Under the pieces are notes generated by a model that was not told where the DNA came from, ran no database searches, and worked only from the letters and a program-made list of their open reading frames with translations. A program made the position numbers and the translations under genes. Shown here in pieces: positions 1 to 9,440 of a stretch of 24,961 bases of DNA (position 1 is its first letter; each line of letters opens with the position of its first letter). This DNA is from Macrostomum lignano (lineage: Eukaryota), in the NCBI GenBank assembly GCA_002269645.1, contig NIVC01005142.1, positions 1-24,961 on the forward strand, written 5' to 3'.

Positions 1-275
1 TGTCTACCATCTATCATTGTTGCATAGCTGCCCAGTGCATTTCTTATGGATTCAGCAAGTACTCTGACCTATCTCTATTGACCACCCAGACAGAATTGAT
101 AATAGCAAGCCTAACTATCCTCTCATATAAGTTAAAATAAACAAAGGCTGCGGCTATTGCTTGCATCAATTGTTACTATCATCAAGTGCTAGGGCGTACT
201 GCCTACAAAATTTGCCTCTGCATGTTGTTTGCCTTAGTTAATTACTTTCAAGGCCACAAATAATTGTCACACTGG
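1..275 (+). repeat. Unclassified interspersed repeat, CpG-depleted copy (homologous to 11107-11385), truncated by window start
   Basis: Aligns directly with 11107-11385; shared blocks include GGATTCAGCAAGTA, CTGACCTATCTCT, TTGACCACCCAGACAGAATTGATAATAG and CAAGCCTAACTATCCTCTCATA. Confidence 0.85.
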
Positions 276-863
276 GATCTTTCCTTAATTGAAATAGGCT
301 TAAGGAAAAGTGAAAGAAACTGACAAAATATACTTTATAAATACAACATGTCTATTTAATTATCTGTATTATAAAATGCATTTAAAGAAAAAACAAAAGA
401 AACAGCTAATTTATTCACACCTCAAGGTGGATATAATCTTTGAATTCTTAGTCTTGACTTAAGCTCTTTGATCTATATCATCTATATGCAAATAACAAGC
501 CCAAGGTTTCATTCATCGAAACTGTAAAAACTAAAAATAAGATTCAGGATTTTCAGTATATATCCAGGATATGAGCATCTTTGAATTTGACTACCTTTTC
601 CCAAAATTAAACTAGAGTTTGAGTTCACCTGCACTGTCAAAGGGTGACGACTTTTAATGTTTGAATGGATGTCTGTCGCCTGTCTCACTGTCTGGAAACC
701 AACACGTAAAATGCAACTGCAATTGATTCGGAAATACTCTGAATCAAGGTTGGGGGCTCCTTATGGCTCAAGAGACTATATTATCCAAACCTCTAAAAAA
801 CTGTTTCAAGCAGTATAAACTAACTGTTAGCATAAGTGCTCACGGTCACGCCTCACGCGTATG

Positions 864-1318
864 ACGCATTTGTTTCCGATCGATATTCAGATTGATATTC
901 GAAAACTAACAAATCTCTGCTCTGCAAAAATATTTTAGAACGCCGTTTGACAGAAAAAAAGTACAACTAAGGACATTGCAAAAATAAAGTTTCAGCTCGA
1001 TCCGTCACTCTGGCTCGAAATGGCACCGATTTTCGATGTGCTCCCATTTAAAATACATGTGATTTTATAAGGCAGATTGATATTCGAGTTCGCTCACTTT
1101 GGCTTGACCATTCAACATGAAATTTACACACTAAAAAGTGCAACTACCAGAAACTTGAATGGTTCATATACAGTTTCAGAATATTCGAGGATTACTCTGG
1201 CTCGAATGTTTAGCAGACTTATTTTCGATGTGCTCTCATTTAAAATACATGTGATTTTATAAGGCAGATCGATATTCGAGTTCGCTCACTTTGGCTTGAC
1301 CATTCAACATGAAATTTT
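864..1318 (+). repeat. Left terminal inverted repeat of the MULE, with an internal tandem unit of ~190 bp
   Basis: Reverse complement of 3241-3618 over most of its length. Internal unit repeats (ACATGT at 1055 and 1247; TTCGAGTTCGCTCACTTTGGCTTGACCATTCAACATGAAATTT twice). Confidence 0.9.
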
Positions 1319-1966
1319 GTTCCCCAGGGCAGGATCCGTGCCCTTCCTCAATAAATTTTACCACGAAGGCAACAACGTTGTTTGGACTCGTTTATTGTTA
1401 AATTAATTGTTCGGATGTTGGTGCATTCAGAAAAGTATGGACAACGAGGAACGCGAAATTCTATAGCTCTCGTATATAGCTCACAGAAGGCAGGTTGCGG
1501 ATCTAATTAGGGTTGCAATTAATACTCTGTTCCCGAAAAATGGCCTTTCCTAAGCAATACTAGCAAGCAGTACATTCTATTTATTGCCTCGCCTTGCAAT
1601 GTTCAGAAGCTATATGAGGATTAACTTACTTTTAATTTAAGACTTATACTACTGTAGCAGGGGGCAACAGCCCTCGGCCCCAGGGCCAGATCCGGCCCTT
1701 CCAATCCGGCCAAGGCCCTCGGTGATCTAGCATGCATTAGGCCCACTCAAGAAATTCCTGATCCGCACCTGGCTGATGGAGTATGAGAGTTTGTAAAGGA
1801 AATTATAACAATAAAAACTGTGCGATTGCAGGAACGATGAGATGCACGATTCGTAATTCCTAATATACGATTACCTAGTGTGCTTTAAGAAACAGTCTAG
1901 ATGTACTCGTAAAATTAAAAAAGCACTGCTTAAATTCACTACGTAATTTGCAGTTGCTTCGTTCGT

Positions 1967-3029
1967 TCAGATCGAAAAAAGGTTTTGGCAGCTCGAACAG
2001 ATAAAGGTGTCGGTCGGGCCACTGGCCACGCATTTGTCGTGGTACCAATTCAGGCAGGATGGGCATTCGATCTGTAGTAAGGAATTTAATTTCAGTGTTA
2101 AATGGATTGCCCTAATTTTATTTAGCATATCAGTAATGGTTAATTTATATATACTTCCTTTTTAGCTTTTATTGCCACTGTTGGCTACCTACAAGTGAAA
2201 TGGTTTTAGTACTAGCTACTTATCGGCGATATATCGTTAATACTCGTAGATTAGCCTATTTCCGGAAAGAACAACTTCAACGAAGAGAGCAGCATAACTA
2301 TTGTACGCTCGTAAAGCCTTTAAAGTGTAGTCAATATAGCAAGCGTACTAGCTGCTACCCACCCAGTCAATCGTCCGATTTCTAGCACAAGCATCAGGTA
2401 CCATCCTGTTGCACGTGCTGCAGGTCGCCTGGCTTCCTCCTTGACTGTAATTCTGGATAACCTGCCAGATGTGACACCTATACTTTTTTAGGGATCCTGT
2501 GTCGTTTCTGAAGTGTAGCGGTGATCCAGTTGCAACAGCCGTGGCATACAGACAGACGAACACACCGCAGCTATAGCCGTCATTCTGCATGGTCCGTGGC
2601 AAAGTATCTGGCTCAAAAGTCACCGGGCTGCTTCTGAACACAGGTGCTGTTTGGTCCACGAATGGAGCGACGGCATTCGAATCGAGGAGTTGTCTGCAGG
2701 AGTATGAAATAATGTAGTTTAGCGGAATATTTTAAGTACCGGATTTTTAGTATATGGATGGACGTTCATGGCTTTATGGTCCATAATAGCAAGTAAATTT
2801 ACAGGCAAAAAGTTAATCAGCACATTGTACGAGCGTAGCTCGTAGGTGCAATTATACGACACAAATGGTTTACCTACTTCCATCGATGAACTATGGGCTT
2901 CAGTTGACGAATTGCAGCGGCTCGGTTTTTCAGTGAGTCCAGGATTAGAATTTTTCTGCTGGCACCGCAAATCACAATTAGATAAATATGTGACCCGTGT
3001 AAGACCGGAACAAATATTTGACTTAAATC
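1967..3029 (-). CDS. Spliced Ulp1/SENP-like (peptidase C48) cysteine protease domain plus C-terminal PHD finger; 5' part missing. Exons 3029-2878, 2693-2363, 2071-1967
   Basis: GT-AG introns 2877-2694 (phase 2) and 2362-2072 (phase 0) join in frame with no stops: DLSQIFVPVLHGSHIYLIVI...ILILDSL...HRWKQLLDSN...MQNDGYSCGVFVCLYA...TCSTC...DWIECPSCLNWYHDKC...FICSSCQNLFSI*. His, Asp and Q-x5-C catalytic motifs of C48 proteases are present, plus the Cys4-His-Cys3 PHD pattern. Confidence 0.82.
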
Positions 3030-3240
3030 CTGCAAATGGACACGGTGTTCGGTAATCATGTAGTAACTGTAGCATGCGCAGGCAGGCAGTTCGGGCACTC
3101 AGTTTGCACTCCGTAACCCCCACCCAGCCTATCCACTTCCCCCTGCTCGAGCACATCCCAACGCGCACTCAATTAACCGGAAATCTGAGTTTCGCCAGTC
3201 AATAAATATGCAGACACAGCCACCTTTTATTTATCCTTTA

Positions 3241-3618
3241 ACATGTATTTTAAATGAGAGCACATCGAAAATCGGTGCCATTTCGAGCCAGAGTGACGGA
3301 TCGAGCTGAAACTGTATATTTATCGGTTTCTGGTTTGCACTTTTTAGTGTGTAAAATTTCATGTTGAATGGTCAAGCCAAAGTGAGCGAACTCGAATATC
3401 GATCTGCCTTATAAAATCACATGTATTTTAAATGGGAGCACATCGAAAATCGGTGCCATTTCGAGCCAGAGTGACGGATCGAGCTGAAACTTTATTTTTG
3501 CAATGTTCTTAGTTGCACTTTTTTTTCTGTCAAACGGCGTTCTAAAATATTTTTGCAGAGCAGAGATTTTGTTAGTTTTCGAATATCAATCTGAATATCG
3601 ATCGGGAAACAAATGCGT
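3241..3618 (-). repeat. Right terminal inverted repeat of the MULE, with an internal tandem unit of ~178 bp
   Basis: Reverse complement of the left TIR. ACATGTATTTTAAATG recurs at 3241 and 3419. Confidence 0.9.
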
Positions 3619-5025
3619 ACGCGTATGTCATATTTAAAGTTCACAAAGAAAGGAAACTGAATTAGGGCAGTTTTTAAAAATATGTCTTGCGTTGTTATTT
3701 TGAGTGTCTCATGTTCAACTTTTTTTACTCATACTCTGATACTCAACAGAAAGTAGAGGTATACATTATTTAAAATTTATACTTAAACCTTTTGTTGTTA
3801 TATTTTTCTAAATCCGCGGTATAAGTGTCAATCTAACGCTCGCAACAATGAATGAGTACAGCAGCAATGCGAATTTCGTATTTAACCTACATGTAGACCA
3901 AGACTGGGTTCAAGCCCCAAAACAGGGCTGGTGTACTATAGTGCATGCTATTCAGAATAATGTATATATGTGTCAATCAAGGATGACATAAATAAAAACC
4001 GAAGTAGTCTTAGTCCGTTTATATTATACGCATGTAGCTGTCGAATTATTTAAAATCTTGGCAGATAAAATGATAGGATTCTATTCTAATAAATTTGGCC
4101 AATATTTAGTTTCCGTATACGAGAGGTACTTAAAATAGTTTAGTTCTACATTGATTTGTAAACGTTAAAAATTACGGCACAAACTAAATGTACATGCATG
4201 TATAACATGTAGCTACAGTGTGTGCAGCTACTATCTTCCTACTATCTTAATAAATTTACTGATTTTTTAATCCAGGAGTCCAAGATAAATATAAAACTTA
4301 TCCATAAATAATCCAGGATGAATCCAAGATTTTAAAGCATTTGAGAGTATAGCTCGTAATAAGCAGCTGATACTGGCAGAGCGTGTAGCAGAGCTATTTA
4401 AAGACCGAAGTGGGAGGGAAGCAGGCAGGCATTGCAGACAGGGAGACAGGTGCAACAGTCATCGAATCAGCCTTCGTTTCAAGTCATAAGACGTGTATAT
4501 ATCGACCTAAAAGTGCTGAAACCCTACAAGATAATAAGCTATGTATTGTAAATGCACTAATTGAATAGCAACAAGGTTGTTTTGTGCAGCGTCGAAACGC
4601 GTAAATTTGGTTGAAAAGAAAGAGGCCAAGCTTTATCAGTACATATAATTGTGCACCCCTACGTATAATTGCAGTGCACCCCTGTTGTGCACAGCAAATT
4701 AGTAAAGAGTGTAGAAGAGTGGATGGGACAGTGAGATTTTTACTGTATATATGTACTCAATAGAATGGGCTTGAGTGTGAGATAGCTAGGAGAGAAGATA
4801 GGAGAGAATCTTAAATCTTATTGGTAGAGAAATAGAAAGATCCGCTTCGGTTTAGGAAGGCGCTGCATGTCTATAAGCTTTTAGTCTTTAAGTGCACCAA
4901 GCAGATAACATACAATTGCTACCGAAACTTGCTTTGGCCTCACAACAAGTTTGTTATAATTGTTAGCCAAGCAGTAATTAAAATTACACGAGTAAATATT
5001 CAACATAGCGATTGCAGCCAAACTA

Positions 5026-7141
5026 ATGGCCGAAGCGCTTCCCAATGCCCTGAGATGCTCCTCATGCAATCAACAGGTACCGCTGTCGAGAATGAAGAGC
5101 CTCCGCTGCGGCCACCAAGTCTGCGGCCAGTGCACCTCAGTTGAGGAGCACCCAGCCTGCCAGCTGTGCTCGGACTCAGACAGCATCCACAGCAGGCCGG
5201 AGTCATTCGCTGAAGTGAACTTAGAAATGAGCCTGGAGTTCCGGCAGTGCGAGGATCAGGATCAGACTGACGGCTGCGAGTACCGAGGCAGCACGAAACG
5301 ATGCCACCACTGCAACCTGCACCTGTGCCCGGAGCACGTTCGCCAACACAGAGAGAAAGTGCTGGACAGCGGCGAGCTGGATATCCGAACCCTACGGGAA
5401 TATAAGCGGCGCGCTGAGCAACTGATGGAGAACAGGGAGGCCCCCGTGCGGATGAGCAGCAGTTCAGGGCCTACCAGGACCTCACAGACGCGGCGCTGGT
5501 TAGCCTATCCGATGATTTCAAAAGATTAGAAGAGGAAATCAAAAGACCGATTGTGACCTACGAGAACCACCAGAGGCGCCACCGGCAGCTCGGGGAGAAG
5601 GCCCTGGAAGAAGCGAACAAGATTCTCGACCAGATGAAGACTGCTCTGGAGGTGCGCGATCACGAGGGCGTCCTGAACGCCCAGCGCACTTTGCATACAT
5701 GCAGAACTCTGGCGCTTTCCGAGCCATTGAAGCAGACTGCCAACCGAAATTTAAGAACAATTTGAACTCGGAACTTTTGAACAGTCTGATAGAGAACTTG
5801 GAGTTCGCATTGCGAAATTTAAAGGAGCTTCGAATTGCTCCAGATCCAGCTCCAGCGGCATCTCCACCTCGATCACCAGCTCCAGCTTCATCAGCAGCTC
5901 CAGCTCCACCAGCAGCTCCAGCTTCACCAGCAGCTCTAGCTCCAGCTCCACCAGCAGCTCCAGCTCCACCAGCAGCTCCAGCTTCACCAGCAGCTCTAGC
6001 TCCAGCTCCACCAGCAGCTCCAGCTTCACCAGCAGCTCTAGCTCCAGCTCCACCAGCAGCTCCAGCTTCACCAGCAGCTCCAGCTCCACCAGCAGCTCCA
6101 GCTTCACCAGCAGGGCCAATTCCAACTTCATCACCGGCTCTAGCTCCAGCTCCACTAGCAGCTACAGCTTCACCAGCAGCTCCAGCTCCAGCTCAAGCAC
6201 AAGCTCCAGCTCCGAAACCAGATCAAGACCGGTACACGATCCAGGAGCGAACTCGCGACTGATGCGACAGGAGAGCTGCTTGTACGTTTCCCTTCATTCG
6301 CCGAAGTGCATCGATAGATCCGAGTTGGCCACCGCCGGGAAACCACTGGACGTCGGCTGCTACAGTATTCCTGGCGAGCCGCTAATCCTCTTCGTGATCG
6401 AGGAAAGCGCAGCGAATGGGAACACGTCGCTGCTCGCCTACAGCGGGCCAAGAATGGAAGCAAATTTGTGCCGCTACAGTTTCGTCGCAACGGTCAGCTG
6501 ATTTGCAATTTCAGCCGCGCCGCCTGGCAGTATTGGCTCCCAAAAAGTTGATTGCGATGACGGACGACCTCAGCGAGCAATATTATCGCCACGTATTCGT
6601 CTGCGACTTCCACGGCCAGGCCTATCACAAGGTCTACAAGATTGAAGACGCCAAACGCCTAAGCGGCATCCACGCCGATGACAGCAGGATCTTCGCCTGC
6701 GACAAGGTAGGCTGCTCGGTGTACATAGTCGACTACAACTCCGCCTGCGAGTATCGAAGGCGCATCGACTGCAGCGGGTCGCCCCGCTGTCCTTGTCAGC
6801 TTGGAAGGAGTGGCTGCTGGTCGTGTGAGCGGCGGCATCCGGTTCTACTGTCTGGATACCATGCAGCCGGCGCACACTATCAAGCTGCTGGCCAGAACTA
6901 CAGGACATTGCCACCTTCCCGGCGGAAACTTCCTCGTCAACACGAAGATCTCGTGGAGCTGTTTGATGCCAACACCAGCAAGCTGCAGACCATCGAGGCC
7001 GCGGAGTCAGCGGACGGTGCCCCATGCGAAGTTGACCTGCGGGCTATGTGCGTTGCGCAGTCGGACAGCAACTGGATCACTGTTTACCTGTGCGATCAGC
7101 AGCTGATCAGGATGCTGCAGCTCCATTTGGAGACTAGATAG
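5026..7141 (+). pseudogene. TRIM-like gene: C3HC4 RING, B-box, coiled coil, Pro/Ala linker, C-terminal beta-propeller-like (NHL-like) region; at least five frameshifts (pseudogene or assembly indels)
   Basis: CSSC-x13-CGH-QV-CGQC-x8-CQLC fits the RING pattern; CHHCNLHLCPEHVRQH is B-box-like. Helical segments follow (5450-5830), then beta-strand-rich segments (HVFVCDFHG, RIFACDKVGCSVYIVD, WITVYLCD). Coding segments abut in different frames with no intron-sized gaps. Confidence 0.65.
5837..6214 (+). repeat. Coding tandem repeat encoding a Pro/Ala linker (unit about APAPPAAPASPAAL, 42 bp)
   Basis: Repeated GCTCCA/CCAGCA/GCTTCA codon blocks in the 5699-6262 frame. Confidence 0.9.
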
Positions 7142-8049
7142 GGTTTTTGGGGTGCATATGTGCTCCATTTTGAAGGCTAATTGCTACTTATACGCTCGTA
7201 ACTGCTTTTCCTGATGAAATTCGTTACATTTGAACTTTCACATCTTATTTCGTAATGTAAAGTTTCTAAATTTGAAAAACTGCGTTTTCTTTTAAACATT
7301 TTAACAAATAAATAACAACTGAGCATATTTATGTCTAATGAAAATCCTATCTGCATGTATTCATCTTTAATTGTGGAACATCGTTAAAAGGCCGAATGAA
7401 TTCATCTGAGTGCCTTTGGATGCATCTGACTAGCTCGTATTGACTACAGTTACTAATAAAATGTTTCACAACTGATATTAATTCTTCTTCATGCACACAT
7501 ATGTTATTAATTAACAATGAACGCTTCAATTTTGTTTCAAAGCAAAAATGTTAGATGCGCGTCTAAGCTACTGAATTGACTGATGGTCGCGTGACGTTGT
7601 CAATTTAAGTAGCCCCGTCAAGGGCCGTTTTAGCATACGGTACCTATCTATAATATTGTTAATTTAATGGTCCGTACTCTCACGTCTGCTTAAAGTAGTG
7701 CCCAAAGAATTTTAAACAACTTGCGTACGTTTGTAAAGCCTAAGTACAGTAGGCGATCGATAATTTCTGTTTTTCTCGCCGGCCAATAGAAAAGCCGCGC
7801 ATAAATTATGTTAGCCTAAAATTAAGTTCTCCGCGCGCACCCACCCCCAGCCCGCTCCTTATCAGTCCTGTCTGGCTGGGGCGCTCGGGGTTATTCCGCC
7901 GTCGACCCCTTAGACCCTTGCCACCCCGCTTCTCGCCTGCCTCTCACCACCACGGCACTCAGGGCCCGTTCTATAAAACTTTCGTAAGTTCCGTCGTACG
8001 ATCCAACTTACGCACGAGAGTTGAGAACCGTCTCAGAATGTTCTTAAGT

Positions 8050-8068
8050 GCGTTCGGTGAAACTTTCG
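8050..8068 (+). repeat. Harbinger subterminal inverted motif (partner at 10782-10800)
   Basis: GCGTTCGGTGAAACTTTCG at 8050-8068 is the exact reverse complement of CGAAAGTTTCACCGAACGC at 10782-10800. Confidence 0.85.
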
Positions 8069-8316
8069 CAGATGCGTCGTAACTTACGCAGTAGCTGCGA
8101 TCAAACTTAAGAATTCATGCCTGACTTTTTCTTCTGCCAGTGGTCTTTTTGGAACTGATTTTACCGTAATTGGAACTTAGCTAGTAAAAAACACACGTTG
8201 CACTAAAACATTTAAGGCACATTAAAAACATTCAAACAAGGGTGCCTTATTCATTCGCATATACAAATAAGGCCTAGCGAATTCCTTAATTACGTTCCTA
8301 GTGCCATTTTGACACA

Positions 8317-9110
8317 TCACATGTCATTAAAATTAAGCTGTTGACTGCTCTCAATGCCTCGATTTTTCTTTTCTATCGTCAGTCTTTCCTGCTCAACGCG
8401 TAGACGTTCCGTCTCGATCTTCAGCCTCTCTCTCTCGACAAACAATCTGTCGTTTTGAACTTCCAATCGAGCTTCCTCCACCCGAAGACGTTTTATTTCT
8501 AAGCTTTCGATCAGCCCAAGTTTGCTTGCTTTCGCTGACGCTTCGTGTTCTTGGCAGCCGGGTTAGCAACAGACTCTTTACTTTTTTCGTCGTCAGCTGT
8601 CTCGTACTCAGGCGATGCGCTTCTGCCAACAGCTTCGGAAAATTCTTCAGCAGGCGCACTTGCGATATCAATGTATTGGCCGCCGAGCTGGATGCTGCAC
8701 TATTGGATTTAGGCAGCTGCAGCGTGTCAACACCACGTGGCACGCCTTCCACGCCTGTTTTCGGATGGACTGCGCCGCCTTCTCCTCTAAACTCGACAGC
8801 TGTGGGGCCTGCGATGGACCGCCTCCTGTCTTAGCTTGCTCCTTGCGGATGCTGGCTACTTTGTTCTTCAGTTGACTCTTGAAGTCGGACCACCGCTTTC
8901 GGCAGTTCTCTCCAGATCGTCCTTGTCCACCGACTGCATTCACGATATCAGCCATTTGCTGCCATCCGCGTTTTTTGCGAAAATTCGCTTCGACAGTATT
9001 TGCGGGGCTCTCCAGGTAACTTTTCCGTTCGGTCGTTGCTTCTTGCAGCGTCTCCAGTTCCGCCGTTGACCAGTTCGCCGCGCGCGTTTTTGTGCTGCGT
9101 TAGAATTCAT
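8317..9110 (-). pseudogene. Harbinger Myb/SANT-like DNA-binding protein with C-terminal coiled coil; several 1-2 nt frameshifts
   Basis: Reconstructed across shifts near 9080, 8760 and further downstream: MNSNAAQKRA..NWSTAELETL...KKRGWQQMADIVNAVGGQGRSGENCRKRWSDFKSQLKNK...GGGPS...EGVPRGVDT...LEIKRLRVEEARLE...IETERLRVEQERLTIEKK. The Trp spacing is typical of the Myb/SANT-like domain of Harbinger partner proteins. The 3' end is approximate. Confidence 0.8.
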
Positions 9111-9440
9111 TGCATTCCAATTATTTGGCACTTTCGACCGTATCAGCTTCTCTTTATGCTGTTATACGAGCTATACGAGCGTAATTGCCACTCTACTTAA
9201 ATATCGATTGGTCAAGGCTGTTTGCAATCCTTCGACGGCAAGATCAATTATGTGATGCGAACGTATATTTGAGGAGCAATTATCAGGTCGGCATGATAAG
9301 ACGGTCAGCCAGTCACACAGTTAGGGGACATAAAGTTAAGGATAATTAGAGTGGTTTGACACCGGCCCCGGGCCGGCATCTTAAAACTTACTTAATTAAC
9401 CAATAAAATATATTATCTAATTATCTATTTGAAGCAACTT

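Larger units (their letters stand above)
864..3618. mobile_element. Non-autonomous Mutator-like (MULE/MuDR) DNA transposon with Ulp1-PHD cargo
   Basis: Exact 9-bp TSD ACGCGTATG at 855-863 and 3619-3627, abutting long inverted termini (ACGCATTTGTTTCC... and ...GGAAACAAATGCGT). No transposase ORF is seen inside. A 9-bp TSD with long TIRs is characteristic of the Mutator superfamily. Confidence 0.88.

Noticed and set aside
1875-2066. 63-aa ORF MPILPELV...
   Set aside because: Wrong frame; the frame set by the acceptor at 2072 encodes the PHD half.
2719-3168. 149-aa minus ORF and 69-aa plus ORF over the Ulp1 exon
   Set aside because: Alternative frames with no motifs; the C48 motifs lie in the 2874-3098 frame. 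Only the first few codons might form a mini-exon.
5751-6155. 134-aa minus-strand ORF (ELELLVKLELLV...) resembling a leucine zipper
   Set aside because: Antisense shadow of the Pro/Ala codon repeat.
7210-7280. CTGATGA hammerhead ribozyme core
   Set aside because: No convincing stem II followed by GAAA.
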